A DNA stretch of 38,579 nt from a virus (lineage: Duplodnaviria > Caudoviricetes). Shown here piece by piece: positions 8,622-17,797 of the stretch; positions within the stretch are counted from its first letter, which is position 1; every line of letters begins with the position of its first letter. The stretch spans positions 1-38,579 of IMG/VR virus record IMGVR_UViG_3300037483_000703. The stretch is one strand, 5' to 3'. The position numbers and the translations under genes are program-made. Under the pieces are notes generated by a model. The model saw nothing but the letters and a program-made list of their open reading frames with translations, was not told the origin of the DNA and ran no database searches.

Positions 8622-9903
8622 CGCTGAGTACCTTCAGGGTTTCGCCGCCCGGCACGAAGCACGGGTTGGAGATGTTGTTGCGTGCGATGAGCTCGGCATC
8701 CCGGGTCGCATCACCGTGGATCTGGTGAGCCAGCACGAGCGCCGGCAGGCTCTCCTGCGGCGTGTAGTCTGCCAGGCTCGGCAGCTGCGCCGCCGCGGAA
8801 GAGAGATGCTTTGCCACGGCTGCACGCAGTCGGAGCAGTGCTGCATACGTCTCGTCTGCGGCCTCCTCGGCCACGGCATCCAGGCCCTCGGCGAGCTGGT
8901 CACGAAGCGCGACCGCCTGGTCGCTGCTCTCGTACTCGAGCTGGGCCGCCACTCGTGACGCCTCGGCAAGACCTACACCGCGCAACAGGCGCACGAGCTG
9001 CACTTGGTTGGTAGCCTGCGTCTCGCCTTGCGGCGTGTCGGTCGGCACCGTGGCAAAGTCGACACCGAAGTCGGTCAAGACGGACACCGCTGAGGACAGC
9101 TGCTCGGCGCGCGTGCGATAGGTCTCAGGTCCCCCGGACCAAGCCAGAGTCGCGGCGCCGTACTGAGCAATCACAGAAGCCAACGCCGCCGGGATATCGG
9201 CGATGCGAGCGAGCACATCATGACACACGTTTGCGATGGTGGCAGCAAGCAAAGCCGGTGCGGCGGCCAGCTTCTCGGCCGTGTCAGCGAGCTCGGCGAG
9301 ATCGGCCGCAAGGCTGTCAGCGGTAGCCAGGGCTGCTGCCGTCTTGCCTTCGATTTGGCGGACGGTGGCGAGCGCATCCGAGATGTGCCCGACCGCCGCG
9401 GTGTAGACTCCGTCGATTTCGCCGGCGATGCTGAGCTCGTCCTCTGCCTCGGCCGACACGGCGGCCACCGCCGCGTCAGCAGCTACCTCCACGGCTGCTT
9501 GCGTTGCCGGCGACACGGTCGGCGCAGCAGCCTCCTGTTCACCGACCTCGACGCACGTGAAGCTCAGCTGCGCAATGCCGCCCTGTTGGGTGCTCTCTGA
9601 CGATCGCACCTCACCATGCACGACAACCCGCTTCTTGCCGAGGAACGGGTGAATGAGCTCGCCAGCACCGGGCTGCTCTATGGCGGTCCGCAGCTCATCA
9701 CGCGCGGCCATGTAGTCCGGACCAAGCACGTACGCTTCAATGCGATGCTGGCGAGCGCGGCGGCCAAGGTCTTCGGTGTCAGGCAGGTCACGCCCAGGGT
9801 ACTCGGTCAGCACCGTCCTACGGCCGAAGGTCTCCTCGGCGCCGGCGACGTAGAACGGCGCACCGCGAAACGACGCGTCCTTGAGATCGTCGAGCCAGCT
9901 CAT
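8614..9903 (-). CDS. DNA circularisation protein (Mu gp43/gpN)
   Basis: MSWLDDLKDASFRGAPF..EYPGRD..EDLGR..HP; C-terminal PALVLA..RN.I.NP.FVP. Confidence 0.92.
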   Translation of the reverse strand: MSWLDDLKDASFRGAPFYVAGAEETFGRRTVLTEYPGRDLPDTEDLGRRARQHRIEAYVLGPDYMAARDELRTAIEQPGAGELIHPFLGKKRVVVHGEVRSSESTQQGGIAQLSFTCVEVGEQEAAAPTVSPATQAAVEVAADAAVAAVSAEAEDELSIAGEIDGVYTAAVGHISDALATVRQIEGKTAAALATADSLAADLAELADTAEKLAAAPALLAATIANVCHDVLARIADIPAALASVIAQYGAATLAWSGGPETYRTRAEQLSSAVSVLTDFGVDFATVPTDTPQGETQATNQVQLVRLLRGVGLAEASRVAAQLEYESSDQAVALRDQLAEGLDAVAEEAADETYAALLRLRAAVAKHLSSAAAQLPSLADYTPQESLPALVLAHQIHGDATRDAELIARNNISNPCFVPGGETLKVLSDG

Positions 9904-11936
9904 GGTGCCGCCCACGCCAGTCCGGTATCGACATCGATGTCCATGCCGCCCTCGGACTTGAGCTCTTTCACCCTGGGCCGATTCTCACTGTCGATCTGCA
10001 CCTTGAGCACGCCGCCGACGCGGATCTGGAGGACATCCCCGCCGAGAGTCTGACGAGCGGCGCCGTAGGGCAGTCCACCCCGGTTCGGCAATTGGGCTGG
10101 AGCCTGCTCCGTATCACCCGGGCCACTCGGGCCCGGGGGTTGAGCTGGAGTCTCCGCCGCATCTGAGCTGAACCAGCCGCCGACGGTAGACGCGACGCCA
10201 GCAGTAGCGTCAATGAGTGGTTGGATCTTGTCCATGATCCACGACACCGACGCATCGAAGATCTGCTTCACGCCTTCCCACAGCTCGCCGAAGAACTCCT
10301 TGATGGGCTCCCAATACTTGTAGACGAGCGCGGCAGCGGCGCCGAGTGCGATGATTGGCGGGAAGACGATGGCGAGCCCGACGGCAATACCCTTCCAGTG
10401 CTCCTTGAACCACGCGCTGATCCGGCCCCAGTTCCTATAGACGGCATACACTCCGGCCGCCAGCAGGCCGATGGCTGCGATGATAGCTAAGATCGGCCAG
10501 GCTGCCGCGAGCGTCGCCACTGCGGCGCCGCCCATCGCAACGATGTATCCTCCGATGGCGACGATGGCTCGCCGGACCATCACGGCAGACATCGACACCA
10601 GCGACGCAATGTAGGCGCCGACGGCGGTGACCCCGGCCCAGAGCGGAGCGGCGGCGGCGAGCATGCGCACACCGAAGGTCTTGAGCGCTGGCACCACCGA
10701 CACCATTAGGTGATAACGCAGGGTGAAGAGCTGGAAGTTGAGGGCCTGCCAGGGGACTACCGATGCGATCACGGAGGCCGTCGTCTTGATGATGCTCGCG
10801 CCGAGCTGCCCTAGGGAGACGCCGAGCTGCACGGTCGCGGCAACGGTCTTCGCGGCCATCAAACCGGCCAAGATGAGCAGCATGTTGCGTAGGCCGCCCA
10901 CCTTATCCTTGACCCACATGAAGGCATCCGCGATGTCCATGGCCGCCGCGAACACCTGATCCTTGGCGGCCCAGACCTTCTCGAAGCCCTCGCGGATCGC
11001 GTCGCCCACCTGCTTGGCCCAGACCTGCAGCTGGCCGCTCTCGGAGAGGCGGTTGACTGTCTCAAGCAGGCCGCTCAGGCGCGCCTTCATCCAGTCAAAC
11101 AGGCCCGCCTGCATCACAGCCTCTGCGAACTGCGTCCAGGCGTCCTGGAGGTTGGAGATCATGCCGGGCCAGGACTTCATTTGCGCCTCGGCCGAGCCGG
11201 CTGCCTGCTTACCCATCTCAGCGAGCAGGAGCTTGATCGCCTTTTGGGTGAGTCCACCCTGCGACGAGATCTTCTGCAGCTCGGGCACCGACTTGCCTGT
11301 CGCTTTGGCGAGCAGGTCCCAAACGGGTACGCCACGCTCGATGAGCTGGAGGATCTCCTCGCCCTGCAGCTTGCCCTTGCCCCAGGCCTGCCCGACCGCC
11401 ATGACGATGCCCATCAGCTTCTCTTGGTCGAAGCCGAGCTTGGCGGTCTGGTCGACGATGGCCTGCATCGACCCGTCCATCGGGTCGAGGCCGAAGTTGC
11501 GCATGCGCACGAAGGCGTCCATGACGCCGCCGAGCTGAGCTGGTGTCTTGGTCGCGAAGTTCTCGACCCAGCTCATCGAGCGCTTGGCGCCCTCTGACGA
11601 GCCCTCGATGGCCTCGAGCTGCAATCCGTACGCCTCGAACTGGGCCGCTACGTCGATGAACTGGGTCTTGAACAGCCAGCCGGCCACGCCTCCGATGGCA
11701 CCGAGCTGCAGCGCCAGCTTGCCGGCCTCACCCGCGGCGGTGCTCAGACTCGGGCCAACCTTTGCGGCCGCGCTGGCCACCCGCGTAATACCGATAGCGC
11801 TGCCGTAGCCAGCAAGCGACTTACCGAGGGCGGCGGCCGGCGCCCCGGCCCGAGACACAGACTCCTTGACCCTGCGGACCGTGGCGGTTGCCCGGTCGAC
11901 GGCGCTGATGACGATGCCGAGACGCAGGTCAGCCAC
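9900..11936 (-). CDS. Tail tape measure protein
   Basis: Ala/Gly-rich and helical; FATKTP..GKLQGEEILQLIERGVP; hydrophobic segments; follows the chaperone genes. Confidence 0.9.
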   Translation of the reverse strand: MADLRLGIVISAVDRATATVRRVKESVSRAGAPAAALGKSLAGYGSAIGITRVASAAAKVGPSLSTAAGEAGKLALQLGAIGGVAGWLFKTQFIDVAAQFEAYGLQLEAIEGSSEGAKRSMSWVENFATKTPAQLGGVMDAFVRMRNFGLDPMDGSMQAIVDQTAKLGFDQEKLMGIVMAVGQAWGKGKLQGEEILQLIERGVPVWDLLAKATGKSVPELQKISSQGGLTQKAIKLLLAEMGKQAAGSAEAQMKSWPGMISNLQDAWTQFAEAVMQAGLFDWMKARLSGLLETVNRLSESGQLQVWAKQVGDAIREGFEKVWAAKDQVFAAAMDIADAFMWVKDKVGGLRNMLLILAGLMAAKTVAATVQLGVSLGQLGASIIKTTASVIASVVPWQALNFQLFTLRYHLMVSVVPALKTFGVRMLAAAAPLWAGVTAVGAYIASLVSMSAVMVRRAIVAIGGYIVAMGGAAVATLAAAWPILAIIAAIGLLAAGVYAVYRNWGRISAWFKEHWKGIAVGLAIVFPPIIALGAAAALVYKYWEPIKEFFGELWEGVKQIFDASVSWIMDKIQPLIDATAGVASTVGGWFSSDAAETPAQPPGPSGPGDTEQAPAQLPNRGGLPYGAARQTLGGDVLQIRVGGVLKVQIDSENRPRVKELKSEGGMDIDVDTGLAWAAP

Positions 11937-12084
11937 GGGCCGAGGCCTCCTTCACGACGCGTTGAGCCTGGTCATGCCAGAACTCGAGCTCGCTGATGCG
12001 CATCCGCCAGATGGAGTCCGGCGGGAAGTGAAACACGTAAGCGACGTCGCCTACGACGTCGCGCCAGTTCCTTGGGACTTTCCC
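11929..12084 (-). CDS. -1 frameshift extension of the tail assembly chaperone (GpE'/gpGT-like)
   Basis: Slippery G GGA AAG at 12084-12078; the -1 frame reads VPRNWRDVVGDVAYVFHFPPDSIWRMRISELEFWHDQA.. to TGA at 11929. Confidence 0.8.
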   Translation of the reverse strand, partial: GKVPRNWRDVVGDVAYVFHFPPDSIWRMRISELEFWHDQAQRVVKEASARG

Positions 12085-12368
12085 ACGTAGCCGTTCACCA
12101 CGTCCGAGATGCGTCCCCAGTCGCGCCCTTTGAGCTTGCGCACCGCCATCAGCGAGAGGCCCGAGAGCTCCGCGATGAGGCGGTTCGTCGAGCTCACTTG
12201 GCCCTTGGATTCGTCCATCACCTCGAGCTCACCGGCGGTGGGCTCGTGCACCGTGACCTCGGTGATGGTCTTCTTGGCGTGCTCGATCGGGGACTCGAGC
12301 GCGATGGTGGTCGTGCCGTCAGGGTTGACGGCCACTTGACCGGGCTCACACACGGGCTGCTCACTCAC
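12051..12368 (-). CDS. Tail assembly chaperone (Mu gp41-like)
   Basis: ITEVTVHEPTAGEL..LIAELSGL..LKGRDW; lies between tube and tape measure. Confidence 0.85.
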   Translation of the reverse strand: MSEQPVCEPGQVAVNPDGTTTIALESPIEHAKKTITEVTVHEPTAGELEVMDESKGQVSSTNRLIAELSGLSLMAVRKLKGRDWGRISDVVNGYVGKSQGTGATS

Positions 12369-12412
12369 GTCTCACTCCTGTACAGCGCTGCTGCGCCGAA
12401 GATAGCCGAGGC

Positions 12413-12769
12413 CTACTGCTTCTCGGCCGGGTTGCCTTGCATCTCGAACTCGACCTCGCCGCCGCCGGAGACGACCACCGGCTTGCTGGTCGACGCATTG
12501 GAGACCAGCCAGCGCACGCCGGTGTCGGTCTCCACGATGACGTTGACGCCGTCGTAGCCGTTGAGCTCCTCGGTGTCGGTGTCGGCCATATGAACGAGGG
12601 TCGCGCTGATGACGGCCGGCTTGGGCGTCTGCGAAAAGCCGACCACGCGCCCGCCGACCATATGCGGCGTACGCTCCCAGCCGCCGGTGTCGATCTTGCC
12701 GGTCTGCTCTTTCACTCGCAGCTTGGAGCTGCCGACCCTGATGCTGATAATGCCGGTGACGCTGGGCAT
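12413..12769 (-). CDS. Tail tube protein (Mu gpM-like)
   Basis: 118 aa beta-rich protein directly after the sheath gene; ETDTG motif. Confidence 0.88.
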   Translation of the reverse strand: MPSVTGIISIRVGSSKLRVKEQTGKIDTGGWERTPHMVGGRVVGFSQTPKPAVISATLVHMADTDTEELNGYDGVNVIVETDTGVRWLVSNASTSKPVVVSGGGEVEFEMQGNPAEKQ

Positions 12770-12781
12770 GACTCACTCTCC

Positions 12782-14251
12782 TCAGAGCAGGAACTGCAGC
12801 TGGAAGGCGCCAACGCGGAAGCCGTTGACGAGGTTGGGGACGAGCTGGCCGTCGAGGCGCGAGGTATCGGTCGCGCTGCGCTCGATGAGCAGATCGGTCT
12901 TGAATTGCTCGTAACCCTCGAGCCGGCCGTCGCGGACCCACGTCTCCCGGGCCAGTGCCAAGATCTCGGCGCGCGCTACCGAGGGTGTCATGATCGGCTG
13001 GCCAGGCGCGAAGTCGGTGCCGTCATCGGCGAGCTTGTGCCGCGGGTAGCGCAGCCTGAACAGGTCGCGCACGTCGCCGCGCATGCTCGACAGCGTATGC
13101 ACCGTCGTGACATCGAGGTAGCTCGGATCATCCACCCCCAGCGGGTTCTTCTGATAGGTGGTGATGAGCCGCTCGACCCGGCACTTGCCGCCCGAGTCGG
13201 CGGTGAACGTGGCGATGCCGTCGAAGAGCAGCACGTTGCGCTCGGTCGCCGTCCAGCGGTCCGCGTGCGCGGGCGCCAGCATGCCGACGAGCTCGAGCGT
13301 CTGACGCGGGCGGGCAGGGTCCGACTCACTCAAATCGATGGCCGCAGTGATCGCGGCCACCTCGGCCGGGTGAGTCGGCGACGAGTTACACGGCATGATG
13401 AGGTTGAACTCGCTGTTGCGGCCGTTGCCTAAGGTGGTCATGGTCGCCTGGCTGCCGTTCGCCGCGGTGTAGGCCATGCCCCGCAACTCGACAGTGGGGT
13501 CCCACCGGCGGTCCATCTCCGCCTCGATGAGCGTGAGGTCCGCCGCCACCGCATAGGGCTGCACGATGGCGTGGGCTGGCATGTCGCCCAGGGCCGTAAT
13601 TGCGCTGGCCAAGCCCGGGTCGGTGGCGCCGCCAGTCATCGCGGTGATAGTTGCGGTGATGCCGGCCGGGAGCTTCTCGCCCTCGTAGTAGGAGAGGCGT
13701 AGGTCGATGGCGTCACCGAGCGTGCCCTTGTGGCGCGCGGTGACGTTGAGCTGCTCCGGAGTGACCCCGTCGACCGCAGCAGTTGCCGCCGAGTCGGTCT
13801 TGAGCGCCACCGCTGCTGCCGCCGCCGTCGCCACCGCCGCCGCCGCGTCACCCTTGGCGACCGCAACGGTGATCCGCTGGCCGGCGAGATACAGACAGAC
13901 AGTCCCGGCCTCGGTGGCCGTGCCGGCGAAGAGCACGCTACCAGCCGCAGCGCTACCCCCAGCATCATCGTCCAGGGCGATGGCCCAGAGCTCGGCGTAC
14001 TTGTTGGCCGCCCGGAACGCCTTGCAGGCGCGGGCGAGCTGCGAGCCGCGCCCCCAGTAGCTGTCGGCCAGGGCGTCGCTCGAGATGAGCTTCAGCACGC
14101 CGGCGGCGACAGTGCCGGCGGCTAACCGCTGCCCGATGACGACTGCGACCTTGGGCGACGAGCTGCTCTTGACCGCGCGCGAGTTGTCGTGCTCGACCAT
14201 GAAGGCCGGCGTGCGCAGGTTGTCCGGGATCTGGTTGAACGGGATCGTCAT
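12782..14251 (-). CDS. Contractile tail sheath protein (Mu gpL)
   Basis: IPFNQIP..GRGSQLA..DPARPRQTL..ERNVLLFDGIAT..YPRHKLADDG. Confidence 0.95.
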   Translation of the reverse strand: MTIPFNQIPDNLRTPAFMVEHDNSRAVKSSSSPKVAVVIGQRLAAGTVAAGVLKLISSDALADSYWGRGSQLARACKAFRAANKYAELWAIALDDDAGGSAAAGSVLFAGTATEAGTVCLYLAGQRITVAVAKGDAAAAVATAAAAAVALKTDSAATAAVDGVTPEQLNVTARHKGTLGDAIDLRLSYYEGEKLPAGITATITAMTGGATDPGLASAITALGDMPAHAIVQPYAVAADLTLIEAEMDRRWDPTVELRGMAYTAANGSQATMTTLGNGRNSEFNLIMPCNSSPTHPAEVAAITAAIDLSESDPARPRQTLELVGMLAPAHADRWTATERNVLLFDGIATFTADSGGKCRVERLITTYQKNPLGVDDPSYLDVTTVHTLSSMRGDVRDLFRLRYPRHKLADDGTDFAPGQPIMTPSVARAEILALARETWVRDGRLEGYEQFKTDLLIERSATDTSRLDGQLVPNLVNGFRVGAFQLQFLL

Positions 14252-14460
14252 CAGGCATCACCTTTCGGCGGCTTGGGGGCAGTCTTGCTGGCAGGCGGTC
14301 GCTGCGGCTTGGACTCGAGGACGTCGCCGACCTTAACGCGGCGCAGCCAGTAGCTGGTCTTCGGCTTCCAGGCTCCCTCGCCGGGCAGCAGCTCGAGGGT
14401 GCGGTCGTCGCGCACCTTCAGGCCGGGTGCGGGCACTATGTAGATCTTGTCCTCGGTCAT
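14251..14460 (-). CDS. Mu gp38-like (DUF2635) protein
   Basis: PAPGLKVRD..YWLRRVKVGDV. Confidence 0.85.
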   Translation of the reverse strand: MTEDKIYIVPAPGLKVRDDRTLELLPGEGAWKPKTSYWLRRVKVGDVLESKPQRPPASKTAPKPPKGDA

Positions 14461-15020
14461 GCTTGCTCCAGTGTGACTTCGGTGATGGCGGCCGTGTCGT
14501 TGGGGTCAACGACGCCGTCGCGGTCGATATCGAGCTCGGCGTGGAAGGTGACGAAGTCGGCCAGGCTGTCGATGTCGACGTTGGGGTCGAGGTCCAGGCC
14601 CTGGTGCCAGGTGACGAGCCAGATGGCCACGCCACTCGCGTCGGCGCCGGCCGAGTAGAGATTGTTGGCGGCGAGGTCGGTTGCGCGGTGCACGTCGGAC
14701 AGGCTCCAGCGCGCGCCGGGAATGAGCTTGGCGAGCTCGGTAGTGAGAGCGACGGCCTCGTCATCGCGCTTGTCGGGCCGGGCACCACCGGTGACGACGA
14801 ACGCGCCCCACTTCACGACGAGCCGGACCTGGCCGGAGTCGGCAGCGATGGACGGGAACCCCATGCACACGACCATCACCGCCGGCGGCGCTCTGAACTC
14901 GGTGATGCGCAGCTCGTCGGGATCGATCTCACCGTGGTACGCCTCGCACGTGCGCAAGGTGGTGAGCTTTGCGGCAATCCCCGCCACGATGGCGGCGCGC
15001 ATGGCCAGCGGCGTCGCCAT
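14457..15020 (-). CDS. Tail terminator / Mu gp37-like protein
   Basis: Start MATPLAM at a TGATG overlap; Y.GEID..PAVMV..NLYS..AIWLVTW; synteny. Confidence 0.78.
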   Translation of the reverse strand: MATPLAMRAAIVAGIAAKLTTLRTCEAYHGEIDPDELRITEFRAPPAVMVVCMGFPSIAADSGQVRLVVKWGAFVVTGGARPDKRDDEAVALTTELAKLIPGARWSLSDVHRATDLAANNLYSAGADASGVAIWLVTWHQGLDLDPNVDIDSLADFVTFHAELDIDRDGVVDPNDTAAITEVTLEQA

Positions 15021-15463
15021 CAGAAGTCCTCCAGCGTCTCGCTCGTGAAGAGGCGGTTGGGCGCAGTGGTGGACGTGGGCAGCGCGGCGGCTGGTCCGCT
15101 GCCGGGGGCTGGCGCTTCCTGCTGAGCATCGAGATCGAGGTGCGCCTTGCCGGTGGAGACATCGCGCAGGAAGCGCACCGCATCCTCGTAGGCCTCGCGC
15201 ACGGCCTCCTGCGGCCGCCCCTGCCCCTGATACAGGCGATAGCGTGCCAGGTCGCACGCGAGGCGCACGAGCACCGTGGGCGTGGTCGTGAGAGGGAGCT
15301 TGTAGCGGCCGGCGAGGTAGCTGTCGATCTCGCCGTCCGCGTCAGCCAGCGCGCCAGCCAGCACTATCGCGTTGATGGCGTCGGTGTTGTCGCGGTCGGT
15401 CAGGTCGATGAGCTCCTGCTCACCGAACCGGTCGACCATGTTCTGCTGGGTGGCGTACGTCAC
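15020..15463 (-). CDS. Head-tail connector (Mu gp36, DUF1320-like)
   Basis: MTYAT..FGEQEL..ADGEIDSYLAGRYKLPL..CDLARYRL. Confidence 0.92.
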   Translation of the reverse strand: MTYATQQNMVDRFGEQELIDLTDRDNTDAINAIVLAGALADADGEIDSYLAGRYKLPLTTTPTVLVRLACDLARYRLYQGQGRPQEAVREAYEDAVRFLRDVSTGKAHLDLDAQQEAPAPGSGPAAALPTSTTAPNRLFTSETLEDF

Positions 15464-15469
15464 GCTCGT

Positions 15470-15715
15470 CTACTCCCTGGTCGGCCACTGCCACTCGCCG
15501 ACACCGTCTCCACACGTGCGGCTCGTCGCCCAGTGGAGGCCGCTCACCACCTCGTGGTGACCGACGTACTTGGCGTCATTCGTCCCGTCGATGAAGACCT
15601 GCAAGTTGGAGCAGCCGTTCTCCTCGCTCCAAACCTGGACGATGACCGCTGGTCGCACGACATCCTCGGCGAGCCGATAGAGAACCGTCCGGCCGACTGT
15701 AACGCGCTGACCCAT
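15470..15715 (-). CDS. Hypothetical phage protein, 81 aa
   Basis: TVGRTVLY..PAVIVQV..NLQVFIDG..WQWP; fits the operon. Confidence 0.7.
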   Translation of the reverse strand: MGQRVTVGRTVLYRLAEDVVRPAVIVQVWSEENGCSNLQVFIDGTNDAKYVGHHEVVSGLHWATSRTCGDGVGEWQWPTRE

Positions 15716-15716
15716 G

Positions 15717-15929
15717 TCAGCCCTCCTCGTTGCGCGGCGCGATTGCGCCCAGCGCCAGCAGCGGTTCGGCGTCCTCATCACTGATGCGCAGGGTCTTGCC
15801 GGCAGTGTGGCGCTTGCCGCCGTGCTTCACCTGCCACTGCACATCGTAGACCCGCCACCCGGGCTCGGGCGTGCCCGGCTGCGGTGCAGCGGCCGGCGAG
15901 TTGACTGCGGGCTGCTTCTTCTTCGACAT
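15717..15929 (-). CDS. Small head-associated protein (gp35 position)
   Basis: GAGGGAG RBS; VKHGGK..G..L..AEPLLALGAI. Confidence 0.7.
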   Translation of the reverse strand: MSKKKQPAVNSPAAAPQPGTPEPGWRVYDVQWQVKHGGKRHTAGKTLRISDEDAEPLLALGAIAPRNEEG

Positions 15930-16043
15930 CGAATCTCCCTCGAGTGTGGGGCCAGCCCAGCGCCCGTGCTGCCGAGCTGGCCCCGGTTCTGCCCCCCGCT
16001 TGCACGGGGCTCAGTGTGCGGGCCTAGGCGGCCCTGCCGTAGA

Positions 16044-16973
16044 TCAGGCGACCGCGTCGGCGATGAAGTAGCCGAGGTCGGACGCCGAGATGACCTCCTT
16101 GACCGACTCGCCCACGCGGACTCGCTGGCCACCGCGCAGGCCGATGTTGGAGTCGGCCGTCGCTCCGGCGATCCTGCCGCCGAACTGCGCCGTGAGCCCG
16201 AACGTGGTGCCACGGTCAGCGCTCGCCAGGCTGTCGCGATAGATGAACGACGCGTGCTTGCCCCAGACCCGGCCCAAGCTCACGGTCTGGCCCTTCTTCG
16301 CGCCATTGAGCCACGCCTCGCCAACGAGGATCTCCTCGAGCTCGAAGAGGTCGGCGACGGCCTTGCGTGTCGCGATGCCAGCATCCATCAGCGAGCCGTA
16401 GATCGCCTTGAGGATCTTGGGGTGGCGCTTCAGGGAGCTCCACACCGCCTGACCGACGATGCCGATGGTCGGCCGCATCACCGGCACGTCGAGCGCGACC
16501 GAGATGTCCTCCACCGGGTCGGAGTTGGCGTAGTCCGACCACTGATCCGTACCGGTCAACGCCGTCTTGTTGGCGCTGGGGTAGGTGGCTGCGGCGAAGA
16601 CGAGGTCAGCGGCGCGCTTCTCGCGGTCGAGCAAGATGAGGTCCGTCAGGCCCTCGGTGGCGCGGCCGAGCGGGTTGTAGTTGGGCGGCGCGTTGTCGAT
16701 GTCGGCCTGCGGCACCGGATCGTCCAGGCCATAATCGACGGTTGAGTCCGTCACCTCGCTCGCGGAGAAGTCGACCTCGTTGGGCCGTCCCTTCCGACCG
16801 ACCTTGGTGTCCGGCACGGTGAAGCCGTCGGCCAGGGTGTGCTTGAGGTACTTGAACTCCTGCTTGCCAACCTGGGCGCGGGGCAGGACCTGGTCGGCGA
16901 TGAGCTTGCGGTTGCGGTAGGCGATGGCCACCGCGGTCAGCTCGGCCTGGATCGGGAACGGTGCGTTACTCAT
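16044..16973 (-). CDS. Major capsid protein
   Basis: 309 aa, after the protease and cement genes; LTAVAIAYRN..IADQVLP..WSDYANSDP. Confidence 0.88.
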   Translation of the reverse strand: MSNAPFPIQAELTAVAIAYRNRKLIADQVLPRAQVGKQEFKYLKHTLADGFTVPDTKVGRKGRPNEVDFSASEVTDSTVDYGLDDPVPQADIDNAPPNYNPLGRATEGLTDLILLDREKRAADLVFAAATYPSANKTALTGTDQWSDYANSDPVEDISVALDVPVMRPTIGIVGQAVWSSLKRHPKILKAIYGSLMDAGIATRKAVADLFELEEILVGEAWLNGAKKGQTVSLGRVWGKHASFIYRDSLASADRGTTFGLTAQFGGRIAGATADSNIGLRGGQRVRVGESVKEVISASDLGYFIADAVA

Positions 16974-17050
16974 GCGGTCCTCATGCTCGCCTCGGCGAGC
17001 TGTTGGGTGGGACCAGCTGGTCCCACTTCAGGAGGAGGTCAGCGACCCTC

Positions 17051-17764
17051 TCAGGCCTCGATATCGAGCGTCAGCAGCGCGCCGACATTGGCGGTGTTGG
17101 CGCCCGCGATGGTGGCTTCGATGACGTCACCGGCGGCGACGACGTTCGCGGCGGTCGGCGCCGCGCTGTCGACGTCGCCGGCGGCAGACCCGGACTCCGC
17201 GATGGTGATCACACCGCCCGTAACCGGAGTGCCGTTGATCGACAGAGTGATCGTGGCGTCGCCGGTGGCGAGAGCGGCGGCCAGCGCCGACCAGACCTTC
17301 TTGATGGTGCCGGCCACCGGCGTAACCACCCGGTACACAGCCGCCGAGGCTGCCTGCAGGTCGGCAGCGAGCATCGTGAGCGGCGTCTTCTGCACGACCT
17401 CCACGTCGGCAGGCGCGATCCGCACCACGCCGATGTCGCCGGAGACGCCGGAGACGTGGGCAGTGCCGACCGTCTTGCAGTGGATCCCGGCCGGTGCAGC
17501 GATGGCCTTGCCGTTGGCGTCGGACGTGAGCCGGTCGCCGCGGGTCACCGTGCCGCCGTACTCCACCTCGGCCAGGCCGTGCGTGTGCACGTCGACTCGG
17601 CCGCCGGCGGTGGCTTGGCCGAGCTCCCCGGTGACGCCGAGCATCGCGGCCGACACGCCGTCGGCGTGCAACACCTTGCCGTCCGCCGTGCCGTACTTGA
17701 CGATGCGCCGCGCAGTGACCGCCGCCTCGGCGAGGAAGTTCTTGGTGAGCAAAGGATTCATCAT
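17051..17764 (-). CDS. Capsid cement/decoration protein (DUF2190-like) with a C-terminal extension
   Basis: VDVHTHGLAEVEYGGTVTRGDRLTSDANGKA, plus a further ~120 aa beta-rich domain. Confidence 0.78.
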   Translation of the reverse strand: MMNPLLTKNFLAEAAVTARRIVKYGTADGKVLHADGVSAAMLGVTGELGQATAGGRVDVHTHGLAEVEYGGTVTRGDRLTSDANGKAIAAPAGIHCKTVGTAHVSGVSGDIGVVRIAPADVEVVQKTPLTMLAADLQAASAAVYRVVTPVAGTIKKVWSALAAALATGDATITLSINGTPVTGGVITIAESGSAAGDVDSAAPTAANVVAAGDVIEATIAGANTANVGALLTLDIEA

Positions 17765-17797
17765 CTCTCCCGCCCCGGCTGGGGGCCGTTGACTCGG

